Source: Terrimicrobiaceae bacterium (GTDB taxonomy: Bacteria > Verrucomicrobiota > Verrucomicrobiia > Chthoniobacterales > Terrimicrobiaceae). Taken from it: a stretch of 64,000 nucleotides of DNA. Of this stretch, positions 8,458-18,106 are shown piece after piece (the stretch's first letter is position 1; each line of letters opens with the position of its first letter). The translations under genes and the position numbers were made by a program. The notes below the pieces were generated by a model. That model was given only the letters and a program-made list of their open reading frames with translations, was not told where the DNA came from and ran no database searches. The DNA is taken from assembly GCA_041752695.1 (NCBI GenBank), contig JBGSVZ010000046.1:13083-77082 (forward strand), given 5' to 3'.

Positions 8458-9005
8458 GCCGTGGGGCTCGCGAGGGTCGGAAGCAGACCCGCGTCGATGA
8501 TGAGTTCGTTATTCACGACCGAAACCTTGTATTCGTAAAGCCCGCGGGGCGGGGGGCCCGAGGCGTGGGAACCATCCTGGTAAAAAGCGCCTCCATGACA
8601 GGGGCACATGAACAGCTTGGATTCGTCAAACCAGCGGACCGGGCAACCCAGATGGGTGCAGTTGATGGCAAAGACCTGAAACTGTTCGCCTTCGATCCGG
8701 CGCACCCAGCAGGGAATGACCGCCGTTTCGCCGTCCCACGGACGTTTGTAGGGGTTGGTGTACGAAGCCAGGCGGGTGGTGCCTTCGGGAAACTTGTCGA
8801 TGGGCCCCAGCGAGATGCCTTTGGAGGGAAGAACCTTGATGAAACTCGACATCACGTAGCCGATGAGCGGCAGCGACACCATGGCGCCCGCCACGACATT
8901 GAGTCCGATGCCAACCTTGAAAAGAAAATCGCGACGCGACGTGTCGGCCACCTCACCTTCGCAGGCGCACTTCTTTTCGGTTTCCTTATGCTTGTGCGGT
9001 ATCAT
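8454..9005 (-). CDS. qcrA: Rieske 2Fe-2S subunit of quinol:cytochrome c reductase
   Basis: Tat motif SRRDFL plus TM helix; CTHLGC and CPCHGG boxes; GPPPRGL. Confidence 0.92.
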   Translation of the reverse strand: MIPHKHKETEKKCACEGEVADTSRRDFLFKVGIGLNVVAGAMVSLPLIGYVMSSFIKVLPSKGISLGPIDKFPEGTTRLASYTNPYKRPWDGETAVIPCWVRRIEGEQFQVFAINCTHLGCPVRWFDESKLFMCPCHGGAFYQDGSHASGPPPRGLYEYKVSVVNNELIIDAGLLPTLASPTA

Positions 9006-9018
9006 GCGATTCTCTGAT

Positions 9019-9720
9019 TTAACGCTGCGCCGGGGCGAGCGGTTGTCCAAATTCGTTTTTCCTCTGTGAAATCAACCAGGCAACGATGTCGGAGATATCG
9101 CTGTCGGAAAGCGGGCGTCCGGGGATGACCGTCTGAAAATCCGCGATGCCCAGCTCCGGGCGTCCGGCGAGGATGAGGGTGCGCAGGTATTGGTCGCTAA
9201 CGAGGCCGAGGAAGGCCGGGTTGGTCATAAAGCCATCTCCCAGCATTTTCGGGCCTGCCGACTTTTCGATGGCCGCGACGTAGGCGGCGTAAAGCGTCTC
9301 GCCATTGGCGGCGTCTCCGGGAGGCGCGGCATAGGGCGGAAGGGTCACTCCCGCCGGCAAGGGTTTGGCCCAGGCAAAAATCCCCTCAACCAGGATGTCG
9401 ATCTGCTGGTCGGTCAGCATGCCGCCATTGGTGGTGGAGAACGGCGGCATCAATGTTCCCGGAATGCCGTTGGCCACAATCTCGCGGAACGTGTCTTTCG
9501 GGATGACCGCGAGATAGGCGGGATTGTTCAGCGAGAGGGAGCCGGAAATGGTGGTACCGTCGCCGTGGCAGCCCTGGCAGTTTTCGGCGAAGAGCTGCTT
9601 AAAATCGACCACCGCGGTGGGCGGCTGCCATTTGTCAGTTTTCTCGTCGGGTTTCCCGGGCATCCAATCACAGCCAACGAGCCCGACGCAGAAGATCGAG
9701 AGCACGAGGAGGCGGATCAT
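9019..9720 (-). CDS. Lipoprotein c-type cytochrome (one intact CxxCH; second domain lacks the motif)
   Basis: Start reassigned to ATG 9720 (MIRLLVLSIFCVGLVGC, lipobox); CQGCH...GTLMPPF. Confidence 0.8.
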   Translation of the reverse strand: MIRLLVLSIFCVGLVGCDWMPGKPDEKTDKWQPPTAVVDFKQLFAENCQGCHGDGTTISGSLSLNNPAYLAVIPKDTFREIVANGIPGTLMPPFSTTNGGMLTDQQIDILVEGIFAWAKPLPAGVTLPPYAAPPGDAANGETLYAAYVAAIEKSAGPKMLGDGFMTNPAFLGLVSDQYLRTLILAGRPELGIADFQTVIPGRPLSDSDISDIVAWLISQRKNEFGQPLAPAQR

Positions 9721-10562
9721 TTGTCGTCCTCCGTGGGATGCTGGGCCTCCACGCCCAATTTTTCCGCAAGGGAGAGGTGCTGCATGGTCTCGACCTTGGT
9801 GGATTTGAAAACGACATACCCGCAGACGAGCCCGAAGGCCATCTGACAGATAAAAAACGGGAACCAATCGATGCCGGAGGCCAGCTTGGGATTGATCATG
9901 CGCAAAGAGGCAAAAAGGAGGCCGCTCCAGATGATGGGTGGGATCACGCCGCCGAAAAGCCATTCGAAGCGCCGCGGCAGCATGGGAACCAGAACGACGT
10001 AAAGCAGGCCAATCAGGATGGAGGTCGTGAGGTGGGCGATGGTTCCCACGATGAGACCCGCCATGCTGAACTGGCGGAGCGTTTCCAAGCTCGCCTCGGC
10101 AAGCTCGGGTACGCCGGCGGCGGCGAGAAGGTTGATCGGATACCAGATGCTGCCGTATTTGAACACGCCCCACAGGCAGGCAAAGAAGGCCATTACCGCA
10201 GCACCCACCAATCCGCCAAAAATGCCCGCGGTATACGGATGCACCTCGATTGGGATTCGCGCGCGGTGAGGCACATTGCTGGCATCGAGCATTTGCACCG
10301 CCCTCCCCTTCGTGCGGATGGGCTGAGGCTGTTCCCCGAGCGGACGGACGGGCACGGAAACATGTTTCGGATGCGGGAATACATCCAGGCACCACCCAAT
10401 GGCCCCGGAAAGTCCGAGCAAGAACCCTACCAGCGAAATGGAGATGTCCGTCACCAAGCCAAAAAACACCAACGCCAGTCCAAAGGCGGACACAATGGGC
10501 CACGCCGTGGGCGTCGGAAGCTCAATGCCGTCGTGAGAGTTTGTTGCGGAATCTTTCTCCAT
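9717..10562 (-). CDS. Multi-pass membrane protein; N-terminus resembles cytochrome c oxidase subunit IV (CtaF-like)
   Basis: LPTPTAWPIVSAFGLAL N-terminus, several TM helices, positioned between coxIII and cytochrome c. Confidence 0.55.
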   Translation of the reverse strand: MEKDSATNSHDGIELPTPTAWPIVSAFGLALVFFGLVTDISISLVGFLLGLSGAIGWCLDVFPHPKHVSVPVRPLGEQPQPIRTKGRAVQMLDASNVPHRARIPIEVHPYTAGIFGGLVGAAVMAFFACLWGVFKYGSIWYPINLLAAAGVPELAEASLETLRQFSMAGLIVGTIAHLTTSILIGLLYVVLVPMLPRRFEWLFGGVIPPIIWSGLLFASLRMINPKLASGIDWFPFFICQMAFGLVCGYVVFKSTKVETMQHLSLAEKLGVEAQHPTEDDK

Positions 10563-10565
10563 GAC

Positions 10566-11198
10566 TCAATACCTCACACTGATGATGTAAACTACCGTAA
10601 GCACCACGATCCAGATGGCGTCCACGAAATGCCAATACCACGAGATCATTTCGATGTGCTCGGAGTGGTCCTGGGGAATTCGGCCCAAAGCCGTCAGGAC
10701 CCAGACGATGCTGAGGAGGAGCAGGCCGATGACCACGTGGCTCAAGTGCAACCCGACAAGGGCGTAGAAGGTCGAGCCGAAGACATTCGTGCTGATGGTG
10801 AGGTTTTTCTGGAAAATCAGATGATACCACTCCTCGCCGGTGAAAAAGACAAAGTAAGCCCCAAGCAGAATGGTGAGGCCCCACCAGATGAGGAATCCGG
10901 AACGGTTCACCTTGTGCAGCATTTTTTCGGCGACGATCACCGTGGCGCTGCTGGCGAAGAGCGCGAGGCTGCCCCAGAGCGGAAACTCCAGAACCTCCTT
11001 CGGGAAGGGTCCATTCAGGCTCTTGCCCATGTAAAAAAGATACGCCACGACAAAGATCGTGAAGAGCGCCGATTCCGTGATGATGAGACAGGTGATGCCC
11101 ACCTTGCGCGGGGAAGGCAGACGCCACGGGGTGTCGGTCGGCGTGGGGTCGTTGATCATGTGGGCCGGATCGCCCACCTGTAATTTTTCGGCGCTCAT
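10566..11198 (-). CDS. ctaE: Cytochrome c oxidase subunit III
   Basis: FGSTFYALVGLHLSHV, WYWHFVDAIW. Confidence 0.92.
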   Translation of the reverse strand: MSAEKLQVGDPAHMINDPTPTDTPWRLPSPRKVGITCLIITESALFTIFVVAYLFYMGKSLNGPFPKEVLEFPLWGSLALFASSATVIVAEKMLHKVNRSGFLIWWGLTILLGAYFVFFTGEEWYHLIFQKNLTISTNVFGSTFYALVGLHLSHVVIGLLLLSIVWVLTALGRIPQDHSEHIEMISWYWHFVDAIWIVVLTVVYIISVRY

Positions 11199-12898
11199 TC
11201 GAATTTCCAGTCGGGATCCTCCGGATGTTTCAAATCCCAGAGCGGGCGGCGGCTGCGCACTTCGGGCAGTTTTTCAAAGTTGTATTCCGCGGGCGGCGAG
11301 GTGGTTGACCATTCGAGCGTCCAGGCATCCCACGGATCGTCGCCGGCTTCCTTGCCCCAGATGTAGGAGTAGATCAAATTCCAGACAAAAAACAGGATGC
11401 CGGGAATCTGGAAAAGCAGGCCCAGGGTGGAGATCTGGTTCCAGATTTCCCAGCCGCGTCCCTCTTCGTAGGTGAAAATGCGACGCGGCATGCCGAGGAA
11501 CCCGGAAACGTGCTGCGGCAGGAAGGTGAGTTGGAAACCGATCATGAAAAGCCAGAAATGCCATCGCCCGAGTTTCGCGTTGGGCATCTTGCCGAAGGCT
11601 TTGGGATACCAATAATAAATGCCGGCGAAGATCGTGAAGAGCAGGCCGCCGATCAGCACGTAGTGAAAGTGCGCGACCACAAAATACGAGTCGCTCAACT
11701 GCCAGTCAAACGGTGCGACCGAGAGCATCACGCCCGTGAGCCCGGCAATGAGAAACTGGAAGAGGAACGCCAGACAAAACATCATCGGCAAATCGAAGCG
11801 GATTTTTCCGCCGTACATCGTGCCCAGCCAGTTGAAAATCTTAATGCCGGTCGGGATGGCAATGATCATCGTCGAGATGGCAAAGAAGGTGTTTCCGATC
11901 GACGTCATTCCCACGGTGAACATGTGGTGCGCCCAGACTCCGAGGCTGATGAAGGCGATCATGACACTGGCCGCCACCATCACGGGATAACCGAAGATCG
12001 GCTTGCGCGAGAAAACCGGAATGATCTCCGAGGCAATGGCGAAGCCCGGCAAAATCAGGATGTACACCTCCGGGTGTCCGAAAATCCAGAAGAAGTGCTG
12101 CCAGAGCACCGCCGAACCGCCGGCCTGGGTGTCGAAAAATTTCGCCCCAAGATAACGGTCGAGGAGCAACATGATCTGGCACGCCGAGAGGGGCGGCATG
12201 GCGATGATGACCAGAAAGGCCACCACGATCCACAACCAGACAAAGAGCGGCATCTTGCCCAACACCATGCCTTTGCACCTCAGGCAGAAGACCGTGACCA
12301 AAATATTAATCGACGTGGAGATACTGCCAATGCCGCCCAGCAAGATGGAAAGGGTCCAATAATCCGTGCTGTGTCCGCGCGAAAATGCCTTCTGGGTCAA
12401 TGGCGCGTAGGCAAACCAACCCACATCCGGTGCAGACCCCGCATTGTAGAGTCCCGGAGCGGTGAAATAGCTGGCATACAGAAAAATGCCGCTGAAAAGA
12501 AAAACCCAGAACCCAAACGCATTGAGACGGGGAAACGCCATGTCCCGCGTTCCGATCATCAGCGGAATAAGATAATTGGCGAAGCCGAAGATAATCGGCA
12601 TGCCCACCAGAAACACCATCGCGGTGCCATGCATGGTGAAGAACCGGTTGAAAACATCCGGCTCCAGAAACGTATTCTGCGGAAAGAAAAGCTGGATGCG
12701 AATGAGGGTCGCCATCAGACCGGCGACCACAAAAAAGATCAGGCCCGAGCCGATGTACATCAGCCCCAGCTTTTTGTGGTCCACGGTGAAGACCAACTCC
12801 TGCACGATTCGCGTGAGCGAACCCTTTTCGTCTCCTACCTCCTGCACGGGCGGCGGCACGAATTCATTCTCGTCGTTCGTTGGAAGTGCGCTGGCCAT
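11195..12898 (-). CDS. ctaD: Cytochrome c oxidase subunit I (A1-type heme-copper oxidase)
   Basis: TVDHK, TMHG, FGHPEVY, VWAHHM, VAHFHY, GMPRR. Confidence 0.97.
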   Translation of the reverse strand: MASALPTNDENEFVPPPVQEVGDEKGSLTRIVQELVFTVDHKKLGLMYIGSGLIFFVVAGLMATLIRIQLFFPQNTFLEPDVFNRFFTMHGTAMVFLVGMPIIFGFANYLIPLMIGTRDMAFPRLNAFGFWVFLFSGIFLYASYFTAPGLYNAGSAPDVGWFAYAPLTQKAFSRGHSTDYWTLSILLGGIGSISTSINILVTVFCLRCKGMVLGKMPLFVWLWIVVAFLVIIAMPPLSACQIMLLLDRYLGAKFFDTQAGGSAVLWQHFFWIFGHPEVYILILPGFAIASEIIPVFSRKPIFGYPVMVAASVMIAFISLGVWAHHMFTVGMTSIGNTFFAISTMIIAIPTGIKIFNWLGTMYGGKIRFDLPMMFCLAFLFQFLIAGLTGVMLSVAPFDWQLSDSYFVVAHFHYVLIGGLLFTIFAGIYYWYPKAFGKMPNAKLGRWHFWLFMIGFQLTFLPQHVSGFLGMPRRIFTYEEGRGWEIWNQISTLGLLFQIPGILFFVWNLIYSYIWGKEAGDDPWDAWTLEWSTTSPPAEYNFEKLPEVRSRRPLWDLKHPEDPDWKFE

Positions 12899-12939
12899 CG
12901 ATTAGCGGCTGGTGAACGGTTGATGGTTGAGGAAAGGTG

Positions 12940-14079
12940 TCATTTCAGCGTCATCAGATAGGCGGTGATGTCATCCACCTCGTTTTCGAGCAACTGCATG
13001 TCGGGCATCAGGCAGCCGACCTTGATGTCCTGGGGGTCACGCACCCAGGCGCGAAGATTGGTTTCGTTCAGCGGCAGCACGCCGGCACCAATGGTCTGGC
13101 GGGTCATCAGTTTGGTCAGGTCGGGGCCGAAAACCCCCTCCGCCACGGAGCCGTCCAGCTTGTGACAGTTCACACACGAATTGGCAAAAAACAGGCGATG
13201 TCCCTCAATTTGCTGGGCCGTCTGGGGCGGCGGGACGGGAGCTTTTTGCTGCGCGACCCAATTGGCGAAACCCTCCTTGGTATGCACGATCACCCGGATG
13301 AGCATGTTCGCATGCTGCGTTCCGCAATACTCGGCGCAGTTTCCGAAATAGACCCCTGTCTCATAAGGGTCGAACCACAGATCATTATTTCTGTTCGGCA
13401 CCAGGTCGGTTTTGCCCGCGAGTTGCGGCACCCAGAAGCTGTGGATCACATCCGCCGACTGCAGGAGCAGGTGGGTCGGGGTGGCCTTGTCCGGATCGCG
13501 GTCGCTAATGGGAATGTGCAGTTCGTTGGCCGTGGTGATGCCGAGATCCGGGTAATGAAACTCCCACCACCACTGGTGCCCGACGATCCTCACCTTCAAG
13601 GCATCCTCTGGCATGGGCATGTTTTGAATTTCGCCAATGGTTCGACTGGTCACGAGGATCAATACGACCGTGATCAGGATGGGGATGACGGTCCACGCCA
13701 GTTCGATATGGGAACTTCCATAGATCTGAGGCGGTTCCTGGCCGTTATCGTTTTCTTTCCGGCGAAATTTCAGGACGATAAAAACCAGGAGTCCGGTAAC
13801 GACGGCAAAAATGCCTGCGCAAATCAGCATCACCAGCACGGCGGACTCGTGAATCATCTCCGCGGGACGCGACAGCGGCTTGAACATGTCCGCGACGCGA
13901 CGCATCTCATACTCCATGCCGGCAGCTTCCGCATAAACGGCTCCACTCAGAGCCATCAGCAGCCCCCCAGCGCCCAAAAACAACCTGGATAGAGTCAGCC
14001 CCGCTTTCACTGCGTCCTTGCTAGCCGAACGCACCTCCGCAAAGAAACCTTTTTTTCTCCAGAAGCCGGGTTTTTCCAC
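12940..14079 (-). CDS. ctaC: Cytochrome c oxidase subunit II with C-terminal cytochrome c (caa3-type)
   Basis: GHQWWWEF, DVIHSFW, CAEYCGTQHANM (CuA), C-terminal CVNCH; start uncertain (GTG 14079 has GGAAGG upstream). Confidence 0.92.
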   Translation of the reverse strand: MEKPGFWRKKGFFAEVRSASKDAVKAGLTLSRLFLGAGGLLMALSGAVYAEAAGMEYEMRRVADMFKPLSRPAEMIHESAVLVMLICAGIFAVVTGLLVFIVLKFRRKENDNGQEPPQIYGSSHIELAWTVIPILITVVLILVTSRTIGEIQNMPMPEDALKVRIVGHQWWWEFHYPDLGITTANELHIPISDRDPDKATPTHLLLQSADVIHSFWVPQLAGKTDLVPNRNNDLWFDPYETGVYFGNCAEYCGTQHANMLIRVIVHTKEGFANWVAQQKAPVPPPQTAQQIEGHRLFFANSCVNCHKLDGSVAEGVFGPDLTKLMTRQTIGAGVLPLNETNLRAWVRDPQDIKVGCLMPDMQLLENEVDDITAYLMTLK

Positions 14080-14230
14080 ATCCGTACCTTCCGACGTCAG
14101 CTGGCCCGAAAACTGCTCACTTTTTGCAAAAAACTCTTTCCCATTGGGGAAATTGTGCTTTGTTACGCGGCCTTTGGAGACGAAAAACACATTTGATTTG
14201 GAAAGCGCGGAAGCGGGGACGCCCTCCCTG

Positions 14231-14827
14231 ATGAATCGCCGTGGCGTGCTTCGTCTTCTGACCCTGACGGGGGCAAGTCTGCTGGCGGGTGGCCAGACTT
14301 CGCATGCGTTCATGGATTTTTTCTCCGGGTATGCCGAGGCGACCCCGGCCACGATGAAAAGCTTGAAGATCCCCGCCGAATGGTCGCGGATCCTCGGGCC
14401 GCTCCTGCCGAGCTATGTGGCCTTTTTGCAAAAACAAAATCTGCGTCACCTGAGTGTGCGCGAGGTGATCGAGCCCCACACCAACGTCCGCGGTACGGTC
14501 CACAACTCTCTGCCTCCTCGTGCCATGTGGGGCAATGTGCGGTCCACTTTGAAGGTGATTGACATGCTGGCACCCCGCCTCGAGGTGCCGGTGAAAAATG
14601 TCGTATCGGTCTATCGGTCTCCCGCCTACAATGCGCGGTGCCGTGGAGCCAAGAGCAATTCCCTGCACATGCGCAACAATGCGGTCGATATCACGTTCGA
14701 ATGCGCACCCGGCAAAGTCGCCGCGATGGCCCGAGCCATGCGGGCCGCAGGGCTCTATAAAGGCGGCGTCGGACGCTACGGTGGATTCACCCACATCGAC
14801 ACCCGCGGCGCCAACGCCGACTGGTAG
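14231..14827 (+). CDS. Tat-exported peptidase M15 family protein (YcbK/DUF882-like)
   Basis: MNRRGVL Tat signal; SVYRSPAYN, SLHMRNNAVDI, GGVGRY..FTHIDTRG. Confidence 0.8.
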   Translation: MNRRGVLRLLTLTGASLLAGGQTSHAFMDFFSGYAEATPATMKSLKIPAEWSRILGPLLPSYVAFLQKQNLRHLSVREVIEPHTNVRGTVHNSLPPRAMWGNVRSTLKVIDMLAPRLEVPVKNVVSVYRSPAYNARCRGAKSNSLHMRNNAVDITFECAPGKVAAMARAMRAAGLYKGGVGRYGGFTHIDTRGANADW

Positions 14828-14832
14828 TACCT

Positions 14833-16206
14833 TCAGGCGACCGCGGCCGCCCGGGGCTGCGCGACTTGATTTTCCGCCACAAATCGGCCCTCGCCGTCCG
14901 CCGCACCCGCCAAAATCACACTGAAGGTGCTGCCGCGAGACTCTTCGCTACTCACTTCCAAGCTCGCCCCCGCCAGGTCACACAGTTCGCGCGCCACAAA
15001 AAGCCCCATGCCCACGCCGCCGTATTTCCGCGTCTGTCCCTGATCCACCTGGAAAAACGATTCGAAAACCCTTCCCTGGTGGCCTTGCGGGATGCCGATT
15101 CCTTCGTCGGCCACGTCAAAGCGCAAAGCCCCTCCGTCATCCTGCAGGCGGGCTCGCAGACGGATCGTTCCGCCGTGGGAAAACTTGATCGCGTTGCCCA
15201 CCAGGATTTCCAGAATGGCCTCCACCCGGGTCGCATCCAGCACCGCCACATCCGTCCCGGAAGTGTCCACCGAAAACCCGAGCTTAATGTTTTTTCGCGC
15301 CGCCGATTGCAGATAGCTGTCGGTGATCCGCTTGAGAAATGGCGTCAACGCCACTTCGCGGAAATCGTGGTGAACGCTCTCCGCGCCCGTGAGCGCCGCG
15401 GCTTCGATCAAGCGCTCGATGAGCGCCAGCAGTTCCCCCGCCCCGCGCTGCGCGATGGCCACATACTCGGCCCGCAGATTTTCGTCGCGCTCCTTGGGGA
15501 GCAAATCCAGGAAACCCACAATCGCATTGAGAGGCGTCCGCATCTCGTGGCTGATGGTGGAAAGAAACCGTGTCTTAGCCTCCTCCGCTTCCATGCGCGC
15601 GACGAAGGCATCGGCCAGCGCCTTCTCCGTAATCTTGCGGATGCTGATGTTCATCGCCACCGCCAGCCGCGCCTCACGGCCAGCGAAGGCCATGGGATGC
15701 GACACAATCTCCATCTCGGCAGGCGACCCATCCTTGCGCTGATGCCGCCAATGCCCAGTGTAGGAATAGGTCTTCACCCTCGCCAGGTGACCGAGGAGTT
15801 TTTCGGTGTCTTCCTCCGGGTGGATCGCCGGCAAAGTCAGCCTCAAAAATTCGCCCTCGTCGTAGCCGTATTCGTCCACCGCCGCCTCGTTCACCGCGAG
15901 AATTTCCAGACTCACCGTATCGTAAACCAGCACCGGCAGGGGATTGCGTTTAAAAAGCTGTTCGAAGGATTTGTGCGCTTCCTCCCGCTGCTTCTCTGCG
16001 GAATTGCGGCCTCGAACATAATGCAGGATGAGGAAAAAAATAATCGCCGCGCTGCCCGCCACGAAGGCGATGCCTTTGAGATTTTGCCATCCCCGCGCCA
16101 CATCGGCATTGCGCTGCGAAGCCAAATCCACCGCCCAATCGGAAAACACAATGTACAGCCCGGAGAGGAGGGCGTAGTACACCGCGATGCGAAGGGCCAC
16201 TTTCAT
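14833..16206 (-). CDS. Membrane PAS-domain sensor histidine kinase
   Basis: Two N-terminal TM helices, PAS (VNEAAV..YGY), FLSTISHEMRTPL, GNAIKF, DEGIGI, GVGMGL. Confidence 0.88.
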   Translation of the reverse strand: MKVALRIAVYYALLSGLYIVFSDWAVDLASQRNADVARGWQNLKGIAFVAGSAAIIFFLILHYVRGRNSAEKQREEAHKSFEQLFKRNPLPVLVYDTVSLEILAVNEAAVDEYGYDEGEFLRLTLPAIHPEEDTEKLLGHLARVKTYSYTGHWRHQRKDGSPAEMEIVSHPMAFAGREARLAVAMNISIRKITEKALADAFVARMEAEEAKTRFLSTISHEMRTPLNAIVGFLDLLPKERDENLRAEYVAIAQRGAGELLALIERLIEAAALTGAESVHHDFREVALTPFLKRITDSYLQSAARKNIKLGFSVDTSGTDVAVLDATRVEAILEILVGNAIKFSHGGTIRLRARLQDDGGALRFDVADEGIGIPQGHQGRVFESFFQVDQGQTRKYGGVGMGLFVARELCDLAGASLEVSSEESRGSTFSVILAGAADGEGRFVAENQVAQPRAAAVA

Positions 16207-16441
16207 AACGCGAAAGACCGACAGGGTATTCCGGCCCGACTCATGAAACAAGCAAATGTGACCGGTTGCCCAAGTTAACTTCACCCCGCCTCCCCTCGCG
16301 AACGTTTTGAGGAGGGTGGTTCGCCGTCGCGAAAAATCCACCCCTCCGCCCCCAAGCCGCGTGCATACAACGTACATACGCCGAAAAAACAGGGATGCGG
16401 TTGGTCTGATTTCTGCTTTACTAGAAGCGGTTGCCGTTCTC

Positions 16442-17179
16442 ATGCCGTCCCGTAAAATTGCCCTTTTTTCCGACATCCACGGAAATCTCGAAGCTCTTGA
16501 CGCCGTTCTGTCGGACATTTCCGACCGGGGCGTGAATAAGATGATCTGCCTGGGCGATATCGTTGGCTACGGTCCGGACCCCGCGGAATGTGTTTCCCGG
16601 ATCCGCGATTTGGGATGTCCCGCCGTGATGGGAAACCATGATCAGGCCTGCTTCGAGCCTGGTCTGGAGGACATGATGAACGACATGGCGCAGGCGGGCA
16701 TCCAATACTCCCAGCGCAATCTGAGCGACAAACAAAAGAAGTGGCTGTCCGACCTTCCGCATGTCATCGAAGCGGAGGATTTTTATGCCGTCCATTCCTC
16801 TCTTGATGAAGAGGATTTCTGGCCCTACGTCCTGGCCCGCACCGACGCAGCGCGGCATTTTCGCTATCAAAAAAAGGCCCTCGCGTTTTGTGGCCACACC
16901 CACCGCCCCGCCATTTGGAAGCAGGAAGGACGCGCCATCCGCACGCCCCTGGTGGAGCCTTCGCTCAAACTCGACCCCGCTTCCCGCCACTTGATCAATG
17001 TCGGCTCGGTCGGCCAGCCCCGCAATGCCCGCAGTGAGGCCAGTTACGTTCTCTACGATCCCCACTCCGCCACGGTGGAGTTCCAGCTGGTCCCCTACGA
17101 TTTTTTCACGACGCAGAACAAGATCCTCGACGCCGGCCTGCCCGCCTTTCTGGCCCTTCGTCTCGAACTGGGCCGCTGA
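16442..17179 (+). CDS. Metallophosphoesterase family protein
   Basis: SDIHGN, LGDIVGYG, GNHD, CGHTH, INVGSVGQPR. Confidence 0.88.
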   Translation: MPSRKIALFSDIHGNLEALDAVLSDISDRGVNKMICLGDIVGYGPDPAECVSRIRDLGCPAVMGNHDQACFEPGLEDMMNDMAQAGIQYSQRNLSDKQKKWLSDLPHVIEAEDFYAVHSSLDEEDFWPYVLARTDAARHFRYQKKALAFCGHTHRPAIWKQEGRAIRTPLVEPSLKLDPASRHLINVGSVGQPRNARSEASYVLYDPHSATVEFQLVPYDFFTTQNKILDAGLPAFLALRLELGR

Positions 17180-17181
17180 GC

Positions 17182-17586
17182 ATGCGCGCCGCCCTGCTCC
17201 TGCTGATCAGCCTCAGCACCTGCCTGGCTGGGCTTCCCGTGAAGGTCGCGGTCATTAATTTCGGCACCTCGGATTCGTCCAATTTGGTCGCAAAGGAAAT
17301 CGCCAAACTCGACGGCGTCGTGGTGATTCACGAGCGGTTGGAGTCGAAGACCGAGGGAAACGAGACACTGACCAACGAGGAGCGGAAGGCTCTCGGGGTG
17401 GTCTTCCGCTCGGAGCTGCTCTTAGTCATCAACGGAAAGGGCGATTCCTTTGCTTATGTGGACGCGAGCACGGGCGAAGAGCTCTTCCGCATTCGCGAAG
17501 ATTCCACCGCCAGCCTCGTGCGATCAGCTTTTGCCTTGGTGGAAGAGCTACGCGATGCCGAAAAGGCTCTTCCCCAGCCGCCATAG
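17182..17586 (+). CDS. Hypothetical exported protein
   Basis: Signal-peptide-like N-terminus; operonic spacing with neighbours. Confidence 0.55.
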   Translation: MRAALLLLISLSTCLAGLPVKVAVINFGTSDSSNLVAKEIAKLDGVVVIHERLESKTEGNETLTNEERKALGVVFRSELLLVINGKGDSFAYVDASTGEELFRIREDSTASLVRSAFALVEELRDAEKALPQPP

Positions 17587-17608
17587 AACGGCCACGGCAG
17601 ACCTCTCC

Positions 17609-18097
17609 ATGCCTGACATCTCCCGCACCGAGGCTGTCGGTACAACCGCGGCCGTCTCCCTGGGCGCGCTCCTGCTCGGCGTGACCTCCTGGTCGTTTAA
17701 CACCGACCCGATGTGGGCCATCATTTCGTTTGTCTTGGTCTATGATCCCGACGTGCAGTCTGCGCGGAAAGCCGGCCTCTCGCGACTGGCCCTCACGGTC
17801 CTGGGATCGGTTGTGGCGATGGCCGCGGTCTCCACCTTCGGGCTGCAAAAGTGGGTACTTCCTCTCAGCCTCGCCCTCACCGCACTGATTTGCTCGACCT
17901 TCCTCCGGTCACGCGCCGGCTGGCGGGTCGTGCTCGTGACCGTGGCCCTCATCGTGGGCTCATCCCTCCTCCAACCCACGATCGGACCTTACATCGCCGT
18001 GACACGGTCCATCGAAGTCACGGGCGGCAGCCTCCTCGCCATCGTATTTTCGACCCTGGCGGCGAGGCTGAATTCGCGACTGACCACCAAAGCTTGA
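17609..18097 (+). CDS. FUSC-like / aromatic acid exporter family membrane protein
   Basis: PMWAIIS.VLV, R...TVLG, R.IEV..G pattern; hydrophobic. Confidence 0.6.
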   Translation: MPDISRTEAVGTTAAVSLGALLLGVTSWSFNTDPMWAIISFVLVYDPDVQSARKAGLSRLALTVLGSVVAMAAVSTFGLQKWVLPLSLALTALICSTFLRSRAGWRVVLVTVALIVGSSLLQPTIGPYIAVTRSIEVTGGSLLAIVFSTLAARLNSRLTTKA

Positions 18098-18106
18098 AGC
18101 GGCCGA

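Noticed and set aside
9721..10503. N-terminal 260 aa of the 494-aa ORF 9019..10503
   Set aside because: Overlaps the 9717-10562 membrane protein in another frame and looks non-coding; the lipoprotein starts at 9720
14080..14352. N-terminal extension of ctaC to 14352
   Set aside because: Would overlap the divergent M15 peptidase gene; no coding features
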